Source: Acutalibacteraceae bacterium (GTDB taxonomy: Bacteria; Bacillota; Clostridia; Oscillospirales; Acutalibacteraceae). From it: 64,000 bases of DNA. The translations under genes were made by a program, and so were the position numbers. The DNA is taken from assembly GCA_045601805.1 (NCBI GenBank), contig JAZSAJ010000046.1:11470-75469 (forward strand), given 5' to 3'. This document shows positions 39,798 to 47,671 of this stretch, one piece after another (within the stretch, counting starts at the first letter, position 1; each line of letters starts with the position of its first letter). The notes beneath the pieces are model-generated. The model worked only from the letters and a program-made list of their open reading frames with translations, was not told where the DNA came from and did not search any database.

Positions 39798-40007
39798 GCC
39801 AAACTAATTAAATATGTTATAACAAGCATAATAACCAAGGGGAAAGTGCTCCTTTTGGTTTAGACTTGTATATCCCCAACGACAGAATTTGATAAAAACG
39901 CAAGTTCCACAATGTTGGGTACGTCTTGTGCTTGTTATATTGAATTAGTTTGGCGACTATCGGAGTTTGCGTTTTTTGTGCGGTTACTTCGGTAGCTGCA
40001 CTTTTTT
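39798..40007 (+). promoter_or_regulatory. Structured 5' leader with terminator (riboswitch-like, class not recognised)
   Basis: Closing helix 39798-39809/39943-39954 (12 bp) and 39818-39828/39929-39939 (11 bp). Hairpin 39833-39860. Stem 39862-65/39923-26 plus 39875-80/39914-19. Alternative 15-bp helix 39894-39908/39962-39976. UUCG-capped terminator 39978-40001 plus U6. Confidence 0.5.
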
Positions 40008-40027
40008 ATTTTCAGGAGGCAAATTAA

Positions 40028-40792
40028 ATGAAAAAAGTATTATCAGTAATTTTAGCAGTGTTGTTAATGTTCTCTGTTATGCCAACGGGGATATTTACTA
40101 TACCCGTATCCGCCGCAACCAGCGTTACTACAGGTGAATGCACTTGGACCCTAACGAATGCCGCTTGGCACTATAATACTATTACAACTTACGAACCCGG
40201 TGATATTAACGAAGACACGGAAGTGAACGTTGTTGACTTGGCGATTCTTAAAAAGGTTGTTGCGGGGCTTGAAAAAAGTTTAGACGTTGACCTAAACGGT
40301 GATGCCAATACCGACGTAGTTGACTTGGCACTTCTTAAAAAGATAGTTGCAGGGCTTGTAAGCAATACTCCGTTAGAAAAAATATCGTCTTTAAGCTGGG
40401 GAGTAATAGAAAAAATCAGTGATAATAATTATAAGTATACTATTTTAGATTTTAAAAACAACATATTAACAAATGCTGGCGGAAAGAAGAAAGAAGATGT
40501 TTCGGGAAATAAGTACTATGCTAATAAATTTAAATTTAACGATGTTGATTATGTTGTTACTTGGAGTGTAGCATCAACATTTAATACCATGGATTTTAAA
40601 AAATGTGTAGAGTATGAAGATGAAGAAAATCTCACTTTTTATCCGTATATGTACGAAAATGTCGATACAGATTATATTAAATTTAAACGATTAAATGAAA
40701 CAGATTTAATTGTTGTTGAGAACATGGCACCTGAATTTGATAATTTTGAAGTGGGCAAAATATTGAAATTAGTTGATATTTATTTATATTAA
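40028..40792 (+). CDS. Secreted dockerin-containing protein with unknown C-terminal module
   Basis: Signal peptide (MKKVLSVILAVLLMFSVMPTG..SAAT). Two dockerin type I Ca-binding repeats (DINEDTEVNVVDLAILKKVVAG / DLNGDANTDVVDLALLKKIVAG). An uncharacterised, AT-rich-encoded domain of about 145 aa follows. Confidence 0.8.
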   Translation: MKKVLSVILAVLLMFSVMPTGIFTIPVSAATSVTTGECTWTLTNAAWHYNTITTYEPGDINEDTEVNVVDLAILKKVVAGLEKSLDVDLNGDANTDVVDLALLKKIVAGLVSNTPLEKISSLSWGVIEKISDNNYKYTILDFKNNILTNAGGKKKEDVSGNKYYANKFKFNDVDYVVTWSVASTFNTMDFKKCVEYEDEENLTFYPYMYENVDTDYIKFKRLNETDLIVVENMAPEFDNFEVGKILKLVDIYLY

Positions 40793-40799
40793 CCGTAAT

Positions 40800-40832
40800 T
40801 TGCTAAAAAGATAGTTGCAGGGCTTGCATAAA
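40800..40832 (+). pseudogene. Orphan remnant of a dockerin C-terminus (LLKKIVAGLA-stop), out of frame with the upstream ORF
   Basis: 40804-40826 is an exact 23-nt copy of 40336-40358. The remnant reads TTG CTA AAA AAG ATA GTT GCA GGG CTT GCA TAA. Confidence 0.6.
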
Positions 40833-40837
40833 CAAAA

Positions 40838-40868
40838 GGTAGAGAACGATGAGTTCTCTACCTTTTTT
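40838..40868. terminator. Bidirectional intrinsic terminator
   Basis: GGTAGAGAAC-GATGA-GTTCTCTACC stem-loop with A4 upstream and T6 downstream, between convergent genes. Confidence 0.8.
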
Positions 40869-41901
40869 ATTTGAATATAAAGTCAATATCCCAAGCGGGG
40901 AGGCATTTGGTGTGGCGGATATAGAGTTTGTAATCAGGTCTAATTTCATTTACCGCAAGCGGTATGCTGAAAAGGTCTTCGCTTTTGTGGTAGGCGGCAA
41001 TATAAAGGATTGGCTTTTGCCACAATATAGTATTTTTTGCGCCTTTAATGGCGTTTACTTCGTTGCCCTCAATGTCAAATTTAATATAATCAACGCGGTC
41101 ACCCTTTATTAGCGCGTCAACCGTTGCGCAGTTTACCTCTTTGCCAACTTCACCAATGCTTGAGCCCCTGCCTTTTTTATCGGAAAAGTAAAGGGTTTCT
41201 TCTTTGCCCCCAACTGCAAAATTAAGCGCGGTGATTTTTTTAAAACTTTCGGTGTTGTTGCAAAGTTTTCTAAATGATCGAATATCCGGTTCAACCGCAA
41301 TTATACTTTCGGCACTGTTGCTGTAATTCAAAAATTCAAGCGCGGTGTCGCCATTATATGCGCCAAGGTCAAGAAAGCGTTTGGCATCCTTTACACCGCT
41401 AATGTTAAGGGTTTCGTTACGCTCGGTTTCAATCTCATAAAGATATTCAGGTTTGCCTGTTATTTTAAATTTTACGGTGTTTTCATACACTTTTTTTGAC
41501 CATTCATCAGAAAGGGAATTGTAAACTGTTTGCAGTTTGTCCTTGTTTTTTCTTGCAAATTCTAAATCAAATAAAGTGTTGCCGTAAACAGGAACATCGG
41601 GCACATAAAGGGTGGTTTCCTTGCTAATTCTTTTAATATTGTTTAAAACTTCATCGCGCCCCGTACCAAAACAAACAAGCACAACCATATCGCCAAAGTT
41701 TTCTTTTGCGGTTTTATAGTCACATATTTTAAAACCGCGAAAGGTTTTTTCCCTAACAAAGCCGTCACTTGCAAAAACGCCCGAAATTTTTATACCCTTG
41801 CTTTCGCACACATTTAAAATTTTATCGGCTCCGTTGCCCATTCCGTAAAGCACAATGGGACGGTTTTCACTTTTTAAATTTTCCCATAAATCAACAAGCA
41901 T
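40867..41901 (-). CDS. FkbM family methyltransferase
   Basis: 344 aa. N-terminal Rossmann-like region (IVLYGMGNGADK) and a C-terminal SAM-MTase (FLDLGAYNGDTALEF..IKFDIEGNE). Confidence 0.75.
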   Translation of the reverse strand: MLVDLWENLKSENRPIVLYGMGNGADKILNVCESKGIKISGVFASDGFVREKTFRGFKICDYKTAKENFGDMVVLVCFGTGRDEVLNNIKRISKETTLYVPDVPVYGNTLFDLEFARKNKDKLQTVYNSLSDEWSKKVYENTVKFKITGKPEYLYEIETERNETLNISGVKDAKRFLDLGAYNGDTALEFLNYSNSAESIIAVEPDIRSFRKLCNNTESFKKITALNFAVGGKEETLYFSDKKGRGSSIGEVGKEVNCATVDALIKGDRVDYIKFDIEGNEVNAIKGAKNTILWQKPILYIAAYHKSEDLFSIPLAVNEIRPDYKLYIRHTKCLPAWDIDFIFK

Positions 41902-42013
41902 AAAATCACCTAATAAATTATAACAAAAAGATGGTTTTCAGTCAATTAAATATCCGTTGCGGTTTTAATTAAATTAGTGTATAATATTGGTAATTAGGTA
42001 AAGTGAGGGGATT

Positions 42014-43561
42014 TTGTTGGTAGCAAGTGTAAAAAGCATTGGACTTTTTGGTATGGACGCATTTTTAATTGATGTTGAAGCTGATATTTCACGCGGACTT
42101 CCGTCTTTTGATATTGTTGGTCTGCCCGATGCCGCTGTTAAAGAGGCAAGAGACAGGGTGCGCTCTGCCATTAAAAACTGCGGTATACAGTTTCCTAACG
42201 GCAAAATTACCGTAAACCTTGCCCCTGCCGATTTAAAAAAGGTTGGCTCACTTTACGATTTACCTATTTCTTTGGCAATTTTAATGGCAGCAGGGCATAT
42301 AACCTCCTCAATTAGTTCAACAATTTTAATAGGTGAACTGTCACTTGACGGTCATATTCGTTCGGTAAACGGCGCGTTGGCAATGGCTTTAACCGCCGTT
42401 GAACAGGGTTACCAAAACTTTTATTTGCCAAAAGCAAATGCCGCTGAAGCCGCGGTGGTTGACGGGCTTAACGTTTATGGTTGCGATTCTTTGCGCCAAA
42501 TTATTCTTGCCCTAAAGGGTGCGACAACCATTGAAAAAACCGAAAAGACAATAACACCCCATAATAAATACGAAAACCTGCTTGATTTTAGTGAGGTAAA
42601 AGGTCAAACCATTGCTAAACGCGCTATTGAAGTGGCGGCGGCAGGGGGGCATAATATACTTTTAATTGGCCCTCCGGGTTCGGGTAAAAGTATGCTTGCA
42701 AAGCGTATTCCCACAATTTTGCCCGATATGACCTTTGCGGAATCGGTTGAAACCACAAAAATTCATTCCATTGCAGGTGAACTTACACCCGGACAACCCC
42801 TTATAACCCAAAGGCCTTTCCGTTCGCCCCACCACACAATTTCGGCAAACGGGCTAACGGGTGGCGGAACTTTGCCAAAACCGGGCGAAATTTCACTGGC
42901 GCACGGCGGTGTGCTGTTTTTAGACGAACTGCCCGAATTTGGCAGAAGCGTTATGGAAAGTTTACGCCAACCGCTTGAAGACGGAAAGGTTACAATTTCG
43001 CGCGTAGCGGGTACACTTACATACCCAAGCGCAATAACCTTGGTAGGCGCAATGAACCCTTGCCCTTGCGGTTTCTTTGGCCACCCAACAAGAAGTTGCA
43101 TTTGTTCACCCAAAGCGGTGCGAAATTATCTAAACCGCGTTTCAGGGCCAATGCTTGACAGAATGGACTTGCATATTGAAGTTCCGCCGGTTGATTACGA
43201 ATCTTTGAGTTCAAACCGCCGTGAAGAAACTTCGGCTGAAATCAAAGCGCGTGTAAATAAAGCGCGTGAAATTCAAAATGAGCGGTACAAAGGCACCGAT
43301 ATTACCTGTAACGCACGGCTTACTCCTGCAATGCTTAAAAAATACTGTGTTATGAGCGAAGATGCGGTGGCTATTCTTAAAACCGCTTATACAAACCTTG
43401 GTATGTCGGCAAGGGCGTATGACCGAATATTAAAGGTTGCGCGTACCGTTGCCGATTTAGACGGAAGCGAGAAAATCGGGGCAAACCATATTGCGCAGGC
43501 AATACAGTTTCGCAGTCTTGACAGAAAATATTGGGGTGCAGATAACGAATATGAACAATAA
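42014..43561 (+). CDS. YifB/ComM family Mg-chelatase-like AAA ATPase
   Basis: 515 aa, TTG start. Lon-like N-domain, Walker A GPPGSGKS, Walker B VLFLDELPEF, and a zinc motif CPCGFFGHPTRSCIC. Confidence 0.9.
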   Translation: MLVASVKSIGLFGMDAFLIDVEADISRGLPSFDIVGLPDAAVKEARDRVRSAIKNCGIQFPNGKITVNLAPADLKKVGSLYDLPISLAILMAAGHITSSISSTILIGELSLDGHIRSVNGALAMALTAVEQGYQNFYLPKANAAEAAVVDGLNVYGCDSLRQIILALKGATTIEKTEKTITPHNKYENLLDFSEVKGQTIAKRAIEVAAAGGHNILLIGPPGSGKSMLAKRIPTILPDMTFAESVETTKIHSIAGELTPGQPLITQRPFRSPHHTISANGLTGGGTLPKPGEISLAHGGVLFLDELPEFGRSVMESLRQPLEDGKVTISRVAGTLTYPSAITLVGAMNPCPCGFFGHPTRSCICSPKAVRNYLNRVSGPMLDRMDLHIEVPPVDYESLSSNRREETSAEIKARVNKAREIQNERYKGTDITCNARLTPAMLKKYCVMSEDAVAILKTAYTNLGMSARAYDRILKVARTVADLDGSEKIGANHIAQAIQFRSLDRKYWGADNEYEQ

Positions 43562-44786
43562 TTTTGATTGTATTATAATTGGCGGAGGCGCATCGGGTCT
43601 TGCGGCTGCGGTTAGTTTGGCTAAAAGAAAGCCAAATGTTAAAATTGCCGTTTTAGAAGCGCTTGACCGCGTTGGCAAAAAACTGTCGCTTACAGGCAAC
43701 GGTCAATGCAATATTACCAATAAAAACCTTAACCCAAACTGTTTTCATTCTGAAAATAGCGGTTTTTTTGAAACGGCATTAAACAAATATGGCTTTGAAT
43801 ATACAACGGAATTTTTTGAAGAAATTGGTATAAATATTGTTTCAAAAGAAGACGGAAGAAGTTATCCGCGGTCATATCAGGCATCAAGCGTGGTTGACGC
43901 TTTGCGGTTTTCTGCCGCAGAACTTGGTGTTTCTTTGGTTTTAGGTACAAAAGCAGAATCTTTTTCTAAAAAAGACGGCGTCTTTTGTGTAAAAACCAAT
44001 AATGGCGAATTTTATGGAAAAAACCTTGTTTTTGCTTGTGGGTTGCTTTCGGGCGGTGAAAAAATAGGCGGTTTTAATAATGGCATAAAAATGCTTGAAA
44101 AAAGCGGACACAAAACCGTTAAATTAACCCCATCAATTGCACAACTTAAAGCGCAAAACAGCGTTTTAAGAAGTTTAAAGGGCATTAAAACCGAGTCATT
44201 GGCGGTTTTAAAAATTGACGGTAAAGTTGAAACAAAAGAAAAAGGCGAAATTCTTTTCACGGATTACGGTCTTTCCGGCCCTGCAATTTTAAAACTTTCG
44301 CGCGAAACCGCAAGGACAAATAAAAAGTGTGAAATCGCAATTGATTTGTTTAATGAATTTTCCGAAACCGAACTTTTTAAACTGCTTGAAAAACGCCAAA
44401 AAAATATTGAAAACCGCGATAAAGAAACTTTGCTTTTCGGTTTACTTCAAAACCGTTTGGCAAGGGCAGTACTTGTATATTCGGAAATTGATTTAAACGG
44501 AAAAATAGGGGATATATCTTGTGCCGAACTTAAAAAACTTGCAAATACGCTTAAGAATTTTACCTTTACAGTAACCGGCAATACAGGGTTTATTCATTCC
44601 CAGGCAACTGCGGGCGGCATTGATACAAAAGAGGTTTATAATAGTACAATGGAAAGCAAAAAAATTAAAGGTATTTATATTATTGGTGAACTTCTTGATG
44701 TTGACGGTGATTGCGGCGGATATAATTTGCAATGGGCGTGGTCCAGCGCATTTTGCGCGGCAGAAAGCATTGCAGGTGGCTTTTAA
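43551..44786 (+). CDS. HI0933/BaiN-like FAD-dependent oxidoreductase
   Basis: Start at ATG 43551, overlapping the upstream stop. FDCIIIGGGASGLAAA dinucleotide-binding motif and C-terminal GGYNLQWAWSS typical of the family. Confidence 0.8.
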   Translation: MNNNFDCIIIGGGASGLAAAVSLAKRKPNVKIAVLEALDRVGKKLSLTGNGQCNITNKNLNPNCFHSENSGFFETALNKYGFEYTTEFFEEIGINIVSKEDGRSYPRSYQASSVVDALRFSAAELGVSLVLGTKAESFSKKDGVFCVKTNNGEFYGKNLVFACGLLSGGEKIGGFNNGIKMLEKSGHKTVKLTPSIAQLKAQNSVLRSLKGIKTESLAVLKIDGKVETKEKGEILFTDYGLSGPAILKLSRETARTNKKCEIAIDLFNEFSETELFKLLEKRQKNIENRDKETLLFGLLQNRLARAVLVYSEIDLNGKIGDISCAELKKLANTLKNFTFTVTGNTGFIHSQATAGGIDTKEVYNSTMESKKIKGIYIIGELLDVDGDCGGYNLQWAWSSAFCAAESIAGGF

Positions 44787-46384
44787 TGATACGCCTTAAT
44801 AATTTATTTTTAGGTTTAAATACCGATTTTACTTGTTTGCAAAAAGAAGTAGCAAAAGCGCTTAAAGTAAAACCCGAAACGGTTGAAAGCGTAAAACTTT
44901 TAAGAAAATCTGTTGATGCAAGAAACAAAAACGATATAAAATTTTGCGTTAGCGTCGCGGTAAAATTAAACTGTAATGAAGCACAGATAATTAAAAAGAA
45001 TAAAAATGCCTCGCTTTATAAAGAAGAAAAATATATTTATAAAAAGGCAAATGAAAAGAAAAAGCACACAGCTGTTGTGGTTGGCTTTGGCCCCTCTGGA
45101 ATGTTTGCAGCGCTAACTCTTATAAAAGCAGGGGTTAATGTAATTGTGCTTGAACGCGGTAAAAGTGTTGATGAGCGTGAACAGGATGTAAACGAATTTT
45201 TTGCAACCGGCAAACTTAATATAAATTCTAATGTTCAGTTTGGCGAAGGCGGTGCAGGTACTTTTTCGGACGGCAAACTAAATACAGGTATTAAGGGTGT
45301 TTTGTGTAAAGAAGTGCTTGAAACTTTTGCCCGCTTTGGCGCAAACGGTAATATTCTTTACGAAGCGAAACCGCATATTGGCACCGATGTTCTAAAAAAG
45401 GTTGTAAAAAATATAAGGGAAGAACTAATAAACGGCGGTGCGGTTATTAAGTTTAATTCGCTTATGACCGATTTTTCTTATGACGGAGAAAAAATAACTT
45501 CAGTGACGGTTAATAACTGTGAAGTAATAAAATGCGATGCTGTTATTCTTGCCATTGGACATTCTGCACGCGATACATTTGCTTTGCTTAAAGAAAAGGG
45601 AATGGCAATGTGTAAAAAGCCGTTTTCGGTTGGTGTTAGAATTGAACACAAGCGCGAAGATATTGATAAGGCAATGTACGGCAGTTTTGCAGGGCACAAG
45701 GCCCTTGGCGCTGCCGATTATAAATTAGCAACCCATTTACAAAACGGCAGGGGAGTATACAGTTTTTGTATGTGTCCCGGTGGTTATGTTATAAACGCCT
45801 CAAGCGAAAACGAGGCAGTTTGTATTAACGGAATGAGTTATTCTGAACGAAATGCCGAAAATTCAAACAGTGCCCTTTTGGTTGAAGTTAAACCCGAGGA
45901 TTTATTAGGCGGCGATGTTTTAGAAGGTTGCCGTTTTCAGCAAGAAATAGAAAAAACTGCTTATAAACTTGCAAATAAATGCGTTCCCATTACAACGGTT
46001 GGTAATTTTGTTTATAATAAGCCATTTAAACTTGGTAAAGTAAAACCAACTGTGTTGCCAAAAACTAATTATGTTGATTTTAATAAAATTTTTCCCGAAT
46101 TTATTTGTTCTTCGCTAAAACAAGGAATAATTAATTTTGGTAAAAGCATAAACGGTTTTGATAACGAAGAGGCAGTTTTATTGGCGCCCGAAACAAGAAG
46201 TTCTTCGCCTGTAAGAATTCTTCGCAACCAAGAAAAACAGGCAGAAAACCTTGTTGGCTTGTTCCCTGCTGGAGAGGGTGCAGGTTATGCGGGCGGAATA
46301 ATGTCGGCTGCGGTTGACGGCATAACGGTTGCCGAAGCGGCGGTTGATTATTTAAATAAAAAGTATACAAAAACCGCACCTTAA
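44786..46384 (+). CDS. FAD-dependent protein (COG2509-like oxidoreductase)
   Basis: Start at ATG 44786 (TAATG overlap with the previous stop). VVGFGPSGMFAAL motif, and GEGAGYAGGIMSAAVDG near the C-terminus. Confidence 0.75.
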   Translation: MIRLNNLFLGLNTDFTCLQKEVAKALKVKPETVESVKLLRKSVDARNKNDIKFCVSVAVKLNCNEAQIIKKNKNASLYKEEKYIYKKANEKKKHTAVVVGFGPSGMFAALTLIKAGVNVIVLERGKSVDEREQDVNEFFATGKLNINSNVQFGEGGAGTFSDGKLNTGIKGVLCKEVLETFARFGANGNILYEAKPHIGTDVLKKVVKNIREELINGGAVIKFNSLMTDFSYDGEKITSVTVNNCEVIKCDAVILAIGHSARDTFALLKEKGMAMCKKPFSVGVRIEHKREDIDKAMYGSFAGHKALGAADYKLATHLQNGRGVYSFCMCPGGYVINASSENEAVCINGMSYSERNAENSNSALLVEVKPEDLLGGDVLEGCRFQQEIEKTAYKLANKCVPITTVGNFVYNKPFKLGKVKPTVLPKTNYVDFNKIFPEFICSSLKQGIINFGKSINGFDNEEAVLLAPETRSSSPVRILRNQEKQAENLVGLFPAGEGAGYAGGIMSAAVDGITVAEAAVDYLNKKYTKTAP

Positions 46385-46448
46385 TAAAGCCCTTTATTGT
46401 CGTTTTAACCCAATATTTTAAAAGAGTTAAAAAAATAACAAAAAATGC

Positions 46449-46477
46449 TTGAAAAATATTGCTTTTTGGGATAAAAT
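46449..46477 (+). promoter_or_regulatory. Sigma-A promoter candidate (TTGAAA-17 nt-TAAAAT)
   Basis: Hexamers at 46449-46454 and 46472-46477, upstream of gap. Confidence 0.5.
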
Positions 46478-46520
46478 AGTCATTGGCAAAAAAGTAAAAA
46501 ATTTTAGGAGGTATTTCCAA

Positions 46521-47552
46521 ATGGTAAAAGTTGCTATTAACGGTTTCGGTCGTATCGGCCGTCTTGCATTCCGTCAAATGTTTGGTGCTGAGGGCTACGA
46601 TGTTGTAGCTATCAACGACCTTACAAAACCCTCTATGCTTGCAAATCTTCTTAAATACGATACCGCTCAGGGCGGTTACTGCGGTTTCATTGGTGAAAAT
46701 CTTCACACTGTTTCCGCCGATGACGAAGCAGGCACAATCACTGTTGACGGTAAAACACTTAAAATCTATGCTGAAAAAAATGCTGCAGATCTTCCTTGGG
46801 GCGAAATCGGTGTTGACGTTGTTTTAGAATGCACAGGTTTCTATTGCTCTAAAGAAAAGAGCCAGGCACACATTGATGCCGGCGCTAAGAAAGTTGTTAT
46901 TTCTGCTCCCGCAGGTAACGACCTTCCCACAATTGTTTACAGCGTTAACGAAAATATTCTTACTGCTGACGATAAAATCATTTCTGCTGCTTCTTGCACA
47001 ACCAACTGCTTGGCTCCCATGGCTAAAGCTCTTAACGATTACGCTGCTATTCAAAGCGGTATCATGAGCACTATCCATGCTTACACAGGCGACCAAATGA
47101 TTCTTGACGGCCCTCACAGAAAAGGTGACCTTCGCCGTGCACGTGCAGGTGCTGCTAACATCGTTCCTAACTCTACAGGTGCTGCTAAAGCAATCGGTCT
47201 TGTAATTCCCGAACTCAACGGCAAACTCATTGGTTCTGCTCAGCGTGTTCCTGTTGCAACCGGTTCTACAACAATTCTTACCGCTGTTGTTAAAGGCACA
47301 GACGTAACTAAAGAAGGCATTAATGCTGCTATGAAAGCTGCTGCAAGTGAATCTTTCGGTTACAACGAAGACCAAATCGTTTCTTCCGACGTTATCGGTA
47401 TGCGTTACGGTTCTTTGTTTGATGCTACTCAAACAATGGTTGCTAAAATTGCAGACGACCTTTACGAAGTACAGGTTGTTTCTTGGTACGATAACGAAAA
47501 CAGCTACACCAGCCAAATGGTTCGTACAATTAAATACTTTGCTGAAATCTAA
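46521..47552 (+). CDS. gap: Type I glyceraldehyde-3-phosphate dehydrogenase
   Basis: Start at ATG 46521 (AGGAGG SD). [14 protein letters not shown], active site [14 protein letters not shown] near the C-terminus. Confidence 0.95.
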   Translation: MVKVAINGFGRIGRLAFRQMFGAEGYDVVAINDLTKPSMLANLLKYDTAQGGYCGFIGENLHTVSADDEAGTITVDGKTLKIYAEKNAADLPWGEIGVDVVLECTGFYCSKEKSQAHIDAGAKKVVISAPAGNDLPTIVYSVNENILTADDKIISAASCTTNCLAPMAKALNDYAAIQSGIMSTIHAYTGDQMILDGPHRKGDLRRARAGAANIVPNSTGAAKAIGLVIPELNGKLIGSAQRVPVATGSTTILTAVVKGTDVTKEGINAAMKAAASESFGYNEDQIVSSDVIGMRYGSLFDATQTMVAKIADDLYEVQVVSWYDNENSYTSQMVRTIKYFAEI

Positions 47553-47575
47553 TTAAATTTAGCGAAAGCAAAAAA

Positions 47576-47602
47576 CCGACGTCGTACGGCGTCGGTTTTT
47601 TT
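47576..47602 (+). terminator. Intrinsic terminator
   Basis: CCGACG..CGTCGG stem followed by T7. Confidence 0.8.
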
Positions 47603-47671
47603 GCCTTGATTATTGAAAAAGTTTGTGTTATACTTTAATAGGGATTGGACTTTTAAAAATCACGGATAGGA

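Noticed and set aside
40849-41112. 87-aa plus-strand ORF
   Set aside because: It is antisense to the 3' end of the FkbM methyltransferase gene and begins inside the bidirectional terminator.
46131-46706. 191-aa minus-strand ORF spanning the flavoprotein 3' end, the intergenic promoter and the gap 5' end
   Set aside because: It overlaps two well-supported genes and a promoter, and its composition is not protein-like (Q/P/L runs).
46824-47516. 230-aa minus-strand ORF
   Set aside because: It is entirely antisense to gap and has no SD. The Cys/Asn/Ser-rich composition is a mirror of gap codon bias.
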